Shown piece by piece: positions 20,502 to 28,832 of a stretch of DNA of 64,000 nucleotides. The position numbers were made by a program, and so were the translations under genes. The stretch lies in assembly GCA_963712245.1 (NCBI GenBank), contig CAVQHE010000004.1, positions 34,602 through 98,601 of the forward strand, in the 5' to 3' direction. This stretch comes from an uncultured Actinomycetota bacterium. Its GTDB lineage: Bacteria; Actinomycetota; Actinomycetes; Actinomycetales; Demequinaceae. Below the pieces are notes generated by a model that searched no databases, was not told the DNA's origin, and worked only from the letters and a program-made list of their open reading frames with translations. How positions within the stretch are numbered: the first letter of the stretch is position 1; the number at the start of each line of letters is the position of its first letter.

Positions 20502-21805
20502 CGCGCCCCCACCGGATCGCCGACGCCCGAGCGGCGCCCACGCTGCCACTCGGCCTCGAGCCGCGCCGCCGCCTCGACGCCGGAGCGGCACCCGTCCTCG
20601 TGGAATCCCCATCCCAGGTGCGCGCCCGCGAACGCGAGGGACGGGCCGCCTGCCTCCCGGAGGCGCGACGCCGCGTCGACGGCCTCGTGCGTGAAGATCG
20701 GGTGGCGGTACGTCATCTTCGCGATGACCGCGTCCTCGTCTACCCGGTCGCCCGGATTGAGGGTGACCGACAGATCGTCCGGCACGTCGACGCGGTGGAG
20801 GTTGTTCATCCAGTAGCTGACGAGCACGCGGTCGGCGCCCTCGTCGCACTCGCGCATCCGGTAGTTCCACGATCCGCGCGCGGCGGGGATCTCCGGCAGG
20901 ACCGACTCGTCCCGGTGGAGGTAGGTGATGTTCTCGGAGTAGCCGACGGATCCGAGGTCGGCGCGCTCCGCGTCGGTAGCGTCGGTGAGCATTGCGAGCG
21001 CGTCGTCCGCGTGGGTGGCGATGACCGCCTGGTCGAACTCATCGACCGTGCCGTCGGCAATCGTCACCTCGACGCCGCGGGGCGTTCGGCGCACCGCCGT
21101 CACCGCGCTGTCGGTGCGGACGTCGTCGAGCGCGGCAAGCAGCTTCTCGACGTACACGCGCGAGCCGCCGACGACGGTGCGCCATTGGGGGGCGCCGAAC
21201 AGCCTGAGCAGGCCGTGGTGGTCGAGGAAGGCGAAGAGGTGGCGCGCGGGATAGTTGCGGGTGTCCTCGTCGCCCGAGGACCAGACGCACGAGACGAGCG
21301 GGACGGCGAAGTGGCGGATGAAGTACTCGGAGAACCGCCCCTCGTCCAGGAACTCGCCCCACGTCTGGCGGTTGTCCTCGCGGGCGAGCGCGCGTCGCGC
21401 GCGGCGGTGGAAGCGCGGTACCTCGGTCAGCATGCGGAGGAAGGGCAGGCTGAAGAGACGACGCGGCTGCGCGAATATCCCCCGGATTCCGCGCGAGCCG
21501 ACGTAGGAGAGGCCGCACCCCTCGCACGTCACGCTCATGCTCATCTCGGTGTCCTGGGTCGGGACGTCGAGCTCGCGGAAGATGCGGAGGAGGTGGGGGT
21601 ACGTACGCTCGTTGTGGACGATGAACCCCGAGTCGATCGCGACGTCCGTCCCGTCGGTCAGGGGCACGTCGTGGGTGTGCGCGTGGCCCCCGAACCGGCG
21701 GTCAGCTTCGAAGAGGGTGACGCGGTGGGTCGCGCGCAGCGTGTAGGCGGCCGCGAGTCCGGATATCCCGGACCCGATGACGGCGACGGTCGGCGTGGTG
21801 GACAT
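20495..21805 (-). CDS. FAD-dependent oxidoreductase (amine-oxidase / desaturase-like)
   Basis: VAVIGSGISGLAAAY is the dinucleotide-binding motif. The 436-aa protein is the first gene of a four-gene overlapping operon. Confidence 0.85.
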   Translation of the reverse strand: MSTTPTVAVIGSGISGLAAAYTLRATHRVTLFEADRRFGGHAHTHDVPLTDGTDVAIDSGFIVHNERTYPHLLRIFRELDVPTQDTEMSMSVTCEGCGLSYVGSRGIRGIFAQPRRLFSLPFLRMLTEVPRFHRRARRALAREDNRQTWGEFLDEGRFSEYFIRHFAVPLVSCVWSSGDEDTRNYPARHLFAFLDHHGLLRLFGAPQWRTVVGGSRVYVEKLLAALDDVRTDSAVTAVRRTPRGVEVTIADGTVDEFDQAVIATHADDALAMLTDATDAERADLGSVGYSENITYLHRDESVLPEIPAARGSWNYRMRECDEGADRVLVSYWMNNLHRVDVPDDLSVTLNPGDRVDEDAVIAKMTYRHPIFTHEAVDAASRLREAGGPSLAFAGAHLGWGFHEDGCRSGVEAAARLEAEWQRGRRSGVGDPVGARW

Positions 21806-21833
21806 GAGCACTCCCTGGTGGGTCGAACAAACG

Positions 21834-21885
21834 TTAGACACGTACCTTAGACATTCCCTGGACAGAATGTCAAGGGTTTGTCTAA
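21834..21885. promoter_or_regulatory. Repeat-rich operator/promoter region between the divergent operons
   Basis: TTAGACA occurs at 21834-21840 and 21847-21853 (13-bp period), with its inverse TGTCTAA at 21879-21885. The imperfect palindrome CCCTGGACA-GAA-TGTCAAGGG lies at 21856-21876. Plausible -35/-10 pairs exist on both strands: TTGTCT-17-TATCGT on plus and TTGACA-18-TAAGGT on minus. Confidence 0.4.
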
Positions 21886-21920
21886 GATGAGGGTGTTCAC
21901 TATCGTTCGACAGGGAGCCC

Positions 21921-22358
21921 ATGATGAAACTCGAGATACGCGTGCCGACGACCGCGGACCCGTCGGCGGTCTTCGCCTACCTCTCCGATTTCACGACGAC
22001 GACGGAGTGGGACCCCGGCACCGTCGAGACCACCCGCGAGTCCGGGCACGGCGGCGTCGGGACCGTCTACCGCAATCGCTCGACGTTCGCCGGGCGCACG
22101 AGCGAGCTCACCTACACGGTGATCGAGCGCGACGAGCCGCGCCGGATCCGGCTTCGCGGCTCGAACGAGACCGTCACCGCGATCGACACCATCACCGTCG
22201 AGGCCTCCGAATCTCCCACCGTCGTCCGGTACGAGGCGGACTTCACGTTCCGCGGGGTCGCGAAGCTCGCCCGCCCGTTCCTCGGTCGCGCCTTCGCGAA
22301 GCTGCGCGACGACGCGGAGCGCGGCCTACGCGAGGCGCTCGCGCGGCTCGAGGGATAG
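21921..22358 (+). CDS. SRPBCC (START/polyketide-cyclase-like) ligand-binding protein
   Basis: This 145-aa ORF has VFAYLSDFTTTTEWDPG, typical of SRPBCC proteins. The RBS AGGGAG lies upstream. Confidence 0.7.
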   Translation: MMKLEIRVPTTADPSAVFAYLSDFTTTTEWDPGTVETTRESGHGGVGTVYRNRSTFAGRTSELTYTVIERDEPRRIRLRGSNETVTAIDTITVEASESPTVVRYEADFTFRGVAKLARPFLGRAFAKLRDDAERGLREALARLEG

Positions 22359-22371
22359 GGTCCCGCCCGGC

Positions 22372-23370
22372 ATGTACACGATCAAGCGCGCGGCCGAGCT
22401 GACGGCGATTCCCGTCGCGACCCTGCGCGCCTGGGAGAAGCGGTACGGCGTCGTCAGCCCGACGCGCTCCGACAACGGCTACCGCGTGTACAGCGAGGCG
22501 GATCTCGACGTCCTCCGCGCCATGAACGCGCTCGTGGCCGATGGGTGGACGCCCGCCCAGGCGGCGACCAGGATCGCGCGCGACGGCGGCGCGGGATCGC
22601 TCGCTCCCGCAGCCGCGGGGTCGGTCGCCGCTGTACCCATCCCCGCCGAGCCCGCGGCGTCTGGTCCCCTGCCGCCCGCCCCCGACGTTTCCCGGCCGCC
22701 CGTCGAGCGCCTTCCCGCCGAGCCCGCTCATCGGGCCCCGGCCGTCATCCCGGCGGATATCGAGGAGTTCCTCGACGCGGCGGAGCACATGGACGCGGAG
22801 CGACTGGTCGCGATCCTGAGCGACCGGTTCATGCGCGCCCCGTTCGAGACGATCGTCGACGAGTGGCTGCTGCCCACGCTGCGAGCGCTGCTCGAGGCGT
22901 CGAGCCGGGGCCGCATCTCCGCGATGGCGGAGAACCTCGCGACCCATACCGTGATGAGGCGGGTCGCGATGGCGTTCGAGACCACCCCGCCCCATGAGAA
23001 CGGGCCGCGGATCGTCGTGGGGCTCGCACCGGGATCGCGGCACGAGCTCGGCTCGCTGTCGATCGCGACGACGGCGCGTCGCGCCGGCCTGTCCGTGACC
23101 TACCTCGGCCGCGACCTGACCTACGAGAGCTGGATCGAGGCGGTCGACGCGCGTCAGCCCGCCGCCGTCATCCTGATGGTGGTCGAGTCGAAGGACGCGC
23201 CGGCCGTCGCGGAGGTGCTCGAGGAACTGCGGGAGGGGCATCCCGGGCTCCGGACGATCGTCGCCGGCCGATTCACGCACCTCGTCCCGGACCCCGTCGA
23301 GCGCTTCGGCCCCAAGTTGGGCCACGACACGAAGGCCCTCGCCGAGCAGCTCCTCGCCGCTCACCGTTGA
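22372..23370 (+). CDS. MerR-family regulator with a C-terminal B12-binding-like domain (CarH/LitR-like architecture)
   Basis: The N-terminal MerR HTH is YTIKRAAELTAIPVATLRAWEKRYGVVSPTRSDNGYRVY. The C-terminus has RIVVGLAPGSRHELGSLSIATTARRAGLSVTYLG, an xHxxG cobalamin lower-ligand-type motif followed by a Rossmann strand. Confidence 0.7.
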   Translation: MYTIKRAAELTAIPVATLRAWEKRYGVVSPTRSDNGYRVYSEADLDVLRAMNALVADGWTPAQAATRIARDGGAGSLAPAAAGSVAAVPIPAEPAASGPLPPAPDVSRPPVERLPAEPAHRAPAVIPADIEEFLDAAEHMDAERLVAILSDRFMRAPFETIVDEWLLPTLRALLEASSRGRISAMAENLATHTVMRRVAMAFETTPPHENGPRIVVGLAPGSRHELGSLSIATTARRAGLSVTYLGRDLTYESWIEAVDARQPAAVILMVVESKDAPAVAEVLEELREGHPGLRTIVAGRFTHLVPDPVERFGPKLGHDTKALAEQLLAAHR

Positions 23371-23465
23371 TCCGGCGATCCGGGCCAGCGGCCCGGGTCA
23401 CGGGGAAGCCACGAACGAGTAACGGTTGCCCCCAACGGTCGCGCCCTCCCAGGCGTCTCCCTACT

Positions 23466-24458
23466 ATGACAATCATGACGACGCACACGCATACGGCCCC
23501 ACGACGCGCCCTCCGCGGCGCCTTCATCGCCTCACTCGTGGCCGTCGCCGCGGTGCTGGCGGGCTGCTCCTCTTCGGCAGACGCCGCATACCAGAACACC
23601 ATGGACGACGCGGGCTACGCGGGCGAGCCGGCCGCGCCGAACGCGGGCGGCGCCGACACCGACCGCTCGTTGACCGAAGACAAGTCATCGACCGGCCAGA
23701 ACGCCTTATCCGCCGATCGCGCCGTGATCATCACGGGCTCCATGTACATGACGGTCGAGGACCCGATCGTCGCGGCCGACCGCGCGGCGGCCATCGTCCG
23801 CGGCGCCGGCGGGCGCATCGACGCCCGCCGCGAGACCGCGCCCGACGAGCACTACGGGGGCTCCGCCGCCCTCACGCTGCGCATCCCTTCCGACCGACTC
23901 GACGGGGTGGTCGAGGACCTGCGCGACCTCGGCACGGTGGACCAATTCACCACCGACTCGTACGACGTCACGACCCAGGTGACGGACCTCGAGGCTCAGA
24001 TCTCCACGCTGAAGGCCTCGACGGGGCGCATCGAGGCGCTGCTCGCGCAGGCCAAGGACATCTCCGACATCATCACGCTCGAGAACGAGCTGGATCGCCG
24101 CCAGGCGCAGCTCGAGAGCCTCGAGGCGCGCCAGCGCGGCCTCGACGACCAGGTGTCGATGTCCACGATCGACCTCTCGCTCACCACCGAGCCGGTCGTC
24201 GTCATCGTTGAGGAGGACGAGCCCCAGACGTTCTTGGGCGCCCTGACGTCCGGATGGGACGCGCTCGTCGGCTTCCTCTCGGGCGTCCTCATCGTGCTCG
24301 CGGTCCTGCTGCCGTGGCTCGCGCTGATCGCGGTCATCGGGGTGCCGATCCTCCTCGTGGTCCGCGCCCGGAAGGCCCGCGAGGCCCGCGAGGCCGCCGC
24401 CGCGTTGGCCGCGTCCGCGAAGCCGACGACGAGGCGGACGGCGGCGAAGAAGGCCTAA
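23466..24458 (+). CDS. DUF4349 domain lipoprotein with a C-terminal TM anchor
   Basis: It has the lipobox LAGCSS, the segment ITGSMYMTVEDPIVAADRAAAIVRGAGGRID, a coiled-coil stretch and the C-terminal hydrophobic segment VLIVLAVLLPWLALIAVIGVPILLVV. Confidence 0.75.
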   Translation: MTIMTTHTHTAPRRALRGAFIASLVAVAAVLAGCSSSADAAYQNTMDDAGYAGEPAAPNAGGADTDRSLTEDKSSTGQNALSADRAVIITGSMYMTVEDPIVAADRAAAIVRGAGGRIDARRETAPDEHYGGSAALTLRIPSDRLDGVVEDLRDLGTVDQFTTDSYDVTTQVTDLEAQISTLKASTGRIEALLAQAKDISDIITLENELDRRQAQLESLEARQRGLDDQVSMSTIDLSLTTEPVVVIVEEDEPQTFLGALTSGWDALVGFLSGVLIVLAVLLPWLALIAVIGVPILLVVRARKAREAREAAAALAASAKPTTRRTAAKKA

Positions 24459-24492
24459 CGCCGCGAGCCGTCGGCGCGCCACACCACGCGAC

Positions 24493-24543
24493 AAGGGCGG
24501 GCCCGCATCGGACGAGAGATCAAGTCCGAGCAGGCCCGCCCTT
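24493..24543. terminator. Bidirectional terminator-like hairpin between convergent genes
   Basis: AAGGGCGGGCC (24493-24503) pairs with GGCCCGCCCTT (24533-24543). An inner CGGAC/GTCCG stem is also present. Confidence 0.5.
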
Positions 24544-24561
24544 CTGCGGGGTCCAGCCAAT

Positions 24562-26985
24562 TTAGACCGTCGCGGTCACCTCCACGGTCGCGCCCGCTGG
24601 CGCGTACGGAACCGTGTTGCCCTCGATCGACTCCCCATCGACCGTGAGCCTCGCGCCCTTCCCACCGGAGTTCTTGACGGAGATGACGTACGTCGCGCCG
24701 CGGATCTGGCGCCGCACGGTGAATTCGGAGACCTCCGCGCCGATGCAGGGATCGACGACGAGGCCGTCCCAATCCGGGCGGACGCCGAGCAGATACTGCG
24801 AGACGGCGACGAAGTTCCACGACGCGGTCCCCGTCAGCCACGAGTTCTTCGCCTCGCCATGGCGGACGGCGTCCTTGCCCGCGATCATCTGCGCGTACGC
24901 GTACGGTTCGAGACGGTGGACCTCGGAGATCTCCTCGCGATACGCGGGGTTGATCTGCTTGTAGTACTCCCACGCGCGATCGGGGCGACCCACGATCGTC
25001 TCGGCGATGATCACCCACGGGTTGTTGTGGCAGAAGATGCCGCCGTTCTCCTTGTAGCCCGGGGGGTAGGTGGAAACCTCCCCGTACGCGACGTTGTACG
25101 CCGTGAACGCCGGATTGAGGAGCACCATGCCGTGGGGCGTGTTCAGCCGCTCTCGCGCGGAATCGAGAGCCGTGACCGCCTTGCCGTCCTCGACGCCGAT
25201 GCCGCCCATGACGCAGAAGCCCTGGGGCTCGATCCAGATCTTGCCCTCGTCGTTCTCGCGCGAGCCGACCTTGTTGCCGAAGTAGTCGTACGCGCGCAGG
25301 AACCACTCCCCGTCCCAGCCGTGCTCCGCGACGGTCGCCCGCATATCGGCCACCGCCTTCTCGGCCCGGGTCGCCTCCGCCTCGTCCCCGCGCCGTCGGG
25401 CGAGCGCCGCGTACTCGGGTCCGATCGCGCAGAACATCCCGGCGATGAAGACCGACTCGGCGACGCCGCCGACCTTGTTCTCCGTGGTCTGGAACGACTC
25501 GCCGGGCGTCGTCGAGAAACAGTTGAGGTTGAGGCAGTCGTTCCAGTCGGCGCGTCCGATCAGCGGTAGCCCGTGCGGACCGACGTTGTCGAGCGGGTAG
25601 TCGAAGGACCGACGGAGGTGCTCCATGAGCGGCCGCGCGCGCGACTCGTCGTTGTCGAACGGCACCCTCTCGTCGAGGATCGCGAAGTCGCCAGTCTCCT
25701 TGATGTACGCGGCCACTCCGAGGATCAACCACAGCGGGTCGTCGTTGAAACCGGACCCCAGCGCGTGGTTCCCGCGCTTGGTCAGAGGCTGGTACTGGTG
25801 GTACGCACTCCCGTCCTCGAACTGCGTGGACGCGATGTCGATGATGCGCTCGCGAGCGCGCTCGGGCATCAGGTGGACGAAACCCAGGAGGTCCTGGTTC
25901 GAGTCGCGGAAGCCCATCCCGCGCCCGATGCCCGTCTCAAAGTACGACGCCGAACGCGACATGTTGTACGTCACCATGCACTGGTACTGGTTCCAGGTGT
26001 TGACGATGCGGTCGAGTTTCTCGTCGCCAGACTCGACCGTGTACGACCCGAGCAGACCGTCCCAATACGCGTTGAGCTTCGCGAATTCGGCGTCCGTCGC
26101 CTCGGTGGTCGCGAAGCTCTGGAGGAGCGCCTTCGCGCCCGCCTTGTTGACGACGCCCGGCGACTCCCACTTCTCGTCCTGCGCGTTCTCCAGGTACCCG
26201 AGTACGAACGTGACGCTTGTCGTCTCGCCGGGCCCGAGCTCGACCTTGAGGTGGTGCGAGGCGCACGGGTACCACCCGGACGCGATCGAGCCCGTCGACT
26301 CGCCGGCGAGTGGCACCGCCGCCTCGTGGAATCCGTTGCCGTACCCGAGGAACGTGTCGCGATCGGTGTCGAAGCCCGCGATGGGAGCGTTCACACCGTA
26401 GACGGCGTAGTGATTCCGGCGCTCGCGGTACTCGGTCGTGTGATAGATCGCGCCTCCGTCGACCTCGACCTCGCCGAGCGACAGGTTGCGCTGGTAGTTC
26501 GTCTGGTCGTCCTCGGCGTTCCACAGGTTGAACTCGACGAAGCTGAAGAGCGAGAACGACTTCGCGGCGGTCGTCGTGTTGGTGAGCGTCACCTGGTGAA
26601 TCTCGGCGTTGACGTCGACGGGAACGAACATCAGCACCGACGCGCGCAAGCCCCCGCGCTCGCCCGTGATGCGCGTGTACCCCATCCCGTGGCGCGTCTC
26701 GAAAAAGTCCAACTCCTTCTTGTACGGACGGTACGACGGGCTCCACACGTCGCCGCCGTCGTTGATCGAGAAGACGCGGCCCCCGTCGTCGACCGGCGTG
26801 TTGTTGTACCGGTAGCGCGTCAGGCGCCGCAGTTTGGCGTCCCGGTAGAAGCAGTAGCCGCCCCCCGTGTGCGACACCAGTCCGAAGAAGTCCCGGGATC
26901 CGAGGTAGTTGATCCAAGGAAACGGCGTGTGAGGCGTGGAAATCACGTACTCACGGGCCGCGTCGTCGAAGTGACCGAACTTCAT
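24562..26985 (-). CDS. GH94 glycoside phosphorylase (cellobiose / chitobiose phosphorylase family)
   Basis: The 807-aa protein has [29 protein letters not shown] and [10 protein letters not shown] and shows full-length GH94 similarity. The frame is intact. Confidence 0.9.
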   Translation of the reverse strand: MKFGHFDDAAREYVISTPHTPFPWINYLGSRDFFGLVSHTGGGYCFYRDAKLRRLTRYRYNNTPVDDGGRVFSINDGGDVWSPSYRPYKKELDFFETRHGMGYTRITGERGGLRASVLMFVPVDVNAEIHQVTLTNTTTAAKSFSLFSFVEFNLWNAEDDQTNYQRNLSLGEVEVDGGAIYHTTEYRERRNHYAVYGVNAPIAGFDTDRDTFLGYGNGFHEAAVPLAGESTGSIASGWYPCASHHLKVELGPGETTSVTFVLGYLENAQDEKWESPGVVNKAGAKALLQSFATTEATDAEFAKLNAYWDGLLGSYTVESGDEKLDRIVNTWNQYQCMVTYNMSRSASYFETGIGRGMGFRDSNQDLLGFVHLMPERARERIIDIASTQFEDGSAYHQYQPLTKRGNHALGSGFNDDPLWLILGVAAYIKETGDFAILDERVPFDNDESRARPLMEHLRRSFDYPLDNVGPHGLPLIGRADWNDCLNLNCFSTTPGESFQTTENKVGGVAESVFIAGMFCAIGPEYAALARRRGDEAEATRAEKAVADMRATVAEHGWDGEWFLRAYDYFGNKVGSRENDEGKIWIEPQGFCVMGGIGVEDGKAVTALDSARERLNTPHGMVLLNPAFTAYNVAYGEVSTYPPGYKENGGIFCHNNPWVIIAETIVGRPDRAWEYYKQINPAYREEISEVHRLEPYAYAQMIAGKDAVRHGEAKNSWLTGTASWNFVAVSQYLLGVRPDWDGLVVDPCIGAEVSEFTVRRQIRGATYVISVKNSGGKGARLTVDGESIEGNTVPYAPAGATVEVTATV

Positions 26986-27042
26986 TGTTGAGGCGCCTTC
27001 CGGGGTCGGGCCGACTTGCCGGGTACAGCCTACCCTCATTCG

Positions 27043-27056
27043 TGGGAGCGCTCTCT
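27043..27056. promoter_or_regulatory. CebR/CelR-type LacI-family operator-like site upstream of the GH94 gene
   Basis: TGGGAGCGCTCTCT matches the Streptomyces CebR box TGGGAGCGCTCCCA at 12 of 14 positions and lies 58 nt upstream of the ATG. A second LacI-like half-palindrome, GATAACGTTTTC, is at 27101-27112. Confidence 0.45.
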
Positions 27057-27238
27057 CGGAATTTCGCAGGGGGTGCTCGACGAAGGGAAAAAACCGTCAG
27101 GATAACGTTTTCGGAGGATCCGATCGACCATTCCAGGGACGAAATCACCGACCGGATGCCCGTCGCCGAGGCCGTATTCGCGGCCGTCGAGGACGGCGCC
27201 GGGGCGTGGCGTTCGCCGCCGAATTCGCGCTCGCGGGG

Positions 27239-28726
27239 CTACGACGCGCCGGTCGCGCGGACGATCGCCATGAGTTGCTCGCCGAAATAGCTCTCCTCGC
27301 GCGTGCTCGAAAACACGTCGGATCCGGGACCGATCGCATATACGGGAACGTCCGCGCCCGAGTGGGCCTCACCCTGCATCGTCACGAGCGCCTGCTGGCG
27401 GAAGCTGGGGGCCGTGGTGTCCACGCCTCGCAGGCTCGGTCGCCCGCACGCGACGGGCCCGCCGAGCGATTTCGAGCCGCCGACGCCCGCGGGTCCGGTG
27501 AGGTATCCGAGCATGGTGTACGGACGTCCGCACTGGTCCTTGCGGGAATTCGCGAGCCCGAGGATGTCGCGGCCGCGGGTCGAGTACCCGCCGAAGACGA
27601 ACGTGCTCCCGTGGTCCGCCGTCACGACGATGACGGTGCGGCTCATGTCCGCGTGCTCCATCGCGGTGCGGACCGCGTTCGACATCTCGATCGTCTCCGT
27701 GAGCGCGCGATACGCGTTGTTGACGTGGTGCGCCTTGTCGATCAGGCCCGACTCCACCACGAGCGCGTACCCGCGCGGGTTTCGTTCGAGCTGATCGATC
27801 GCGACCGCCGTCATCTCGCTCAGCGATGGCTGATCCAGCTTCTTCGCGCGGCGATCGTGGTCGTATGCCATGTTTCCGGCGGCGAAGAGCCCGAGAAGGT
27901 GGTCGACGCCGTCGAGATCTGCGCTCGCGAGTTCCGACGCCGAGGCGGCGTATGCCCAGTCCGCCCCGCGGGACGTCCATTCGTCGACGAGGTCCCGGCC
28001 GTCGGTCCGGTCGCCGCCGTTGCCCTTCGTTCGAAAATACGAGCGCCCTCCTCCCAACGCGACTTCGAGACCGCCGCCGTCGCCTCCGAACGCGAGGAGC
28101 TGTGATGCGATGTCCGGGTAGCCGGCGCACCGGCCCGGGACCTCGCCGTCCCGCCGCCAGCCGCGATCGGGGCTGATGGCGTAGGTGCCGGCGGGCGTGG
28201 CGTCCGTGAGGCTCGCGGTGCTCACCACCCCGGTCGACATCCCCTGCGCCTCCGCCACGGACATCCACGTGGTCAGTTCGTTGCCGTCGACGGTGGTGCA
28301 GTCGCCGCGCTTCGCGCCCGGACCGAGGTTGAGGATCCCCGAATTCGTCTTCGTCCCCGTCATGAGCGCCGTGATCGTCGCCGCCGAGTCGGGCGTCTGG
28401 GCGTCGACCGCGTACACCTTCGAGAGCCCGGTGTGGGGAAGGGCCTCGAAACTCAGGACGTTCTCCTCGCCGGTGTCGCCTCGCTGCTGTCCCTCGAGGA
28501 TCCTGGCCGCCGTGACGGTGTCGATATTCATCCCGTCGCCGACGACGAGGATGACGTTCGTCGCCCGGGGTTCGGGCGGCGGCGACGGCGTCGCCGTGAC
28601 GTATACGTTCGTGGTCCGATACTCCGTCGGCTGCTCCGTCGCGAGCGCGACGGTGCCCACGATCGCCGCTCCGGCGAGCACGCCTGCGGCGAATCCGATC
28701 CAACTCCGGCTGGGTATGCGCGCCAT
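27239..28726 (-). CDS. phoA: Alkaline phosphatase (PhoA family), N-terminally membrane-anchored
   Basis: VVGDGMN, the TPDSAATITALMTG Ser-nucleophile motif and TADHG are present. The RBS GAGGAGG precedes the ATG. Confidence 0.9.
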   Translation of the reverse strand: MARIPSRSWIGFAAGVLAGAAIVGTVALATEQPTEYRTTNVYVTATPSPPPEPRATNVILVVGDGMNIDTVTAARILEGQQRGDTGEENVLSFEALPHTGLSKVYAVDAQTPDSAATITALMTGTKTNSGILNLGPGAKRGDCTTVDGNELTTWMSVAEAQGMSTGVVSTASLTDATPAGTYAISPDRGWRRDGEVPGRCAGYPDIASQLLAFGGDGGGLEVALGGGRSYFRTKGNGGDRTDGRDLVDEWTSRGADWAYAASASELASADLDGVDHLLGLFAAGNMAYDHDRRAKKLDQPSLSEMTAVAIDQLERNPRGYALVVESGLIDKAHHVNNAYRALTETIEMSNAVRTAMEHADMSRTVIVVTADHGSTFVFGGYSTRGRDILGLANSRKDQCGRPYTMLGYLTGPAGVGGSKSLGGPVACGRPSLRGVDTTAPSFRQQALVTMQGEAHSGADVPVYAIGPGSDVFSSTREESYFGEQLMAIVRATGAS

Positions 28727-28832
28727 GATCGAGCCTCCTCGCCGATCGACGAATGCGGATGGCTAGGCGCCTCCGACGCCGACCGTTCCAGCGTATCCGC
28801 GCGACGCCGCGCGAGGTAGGGAGAAGACCGGC

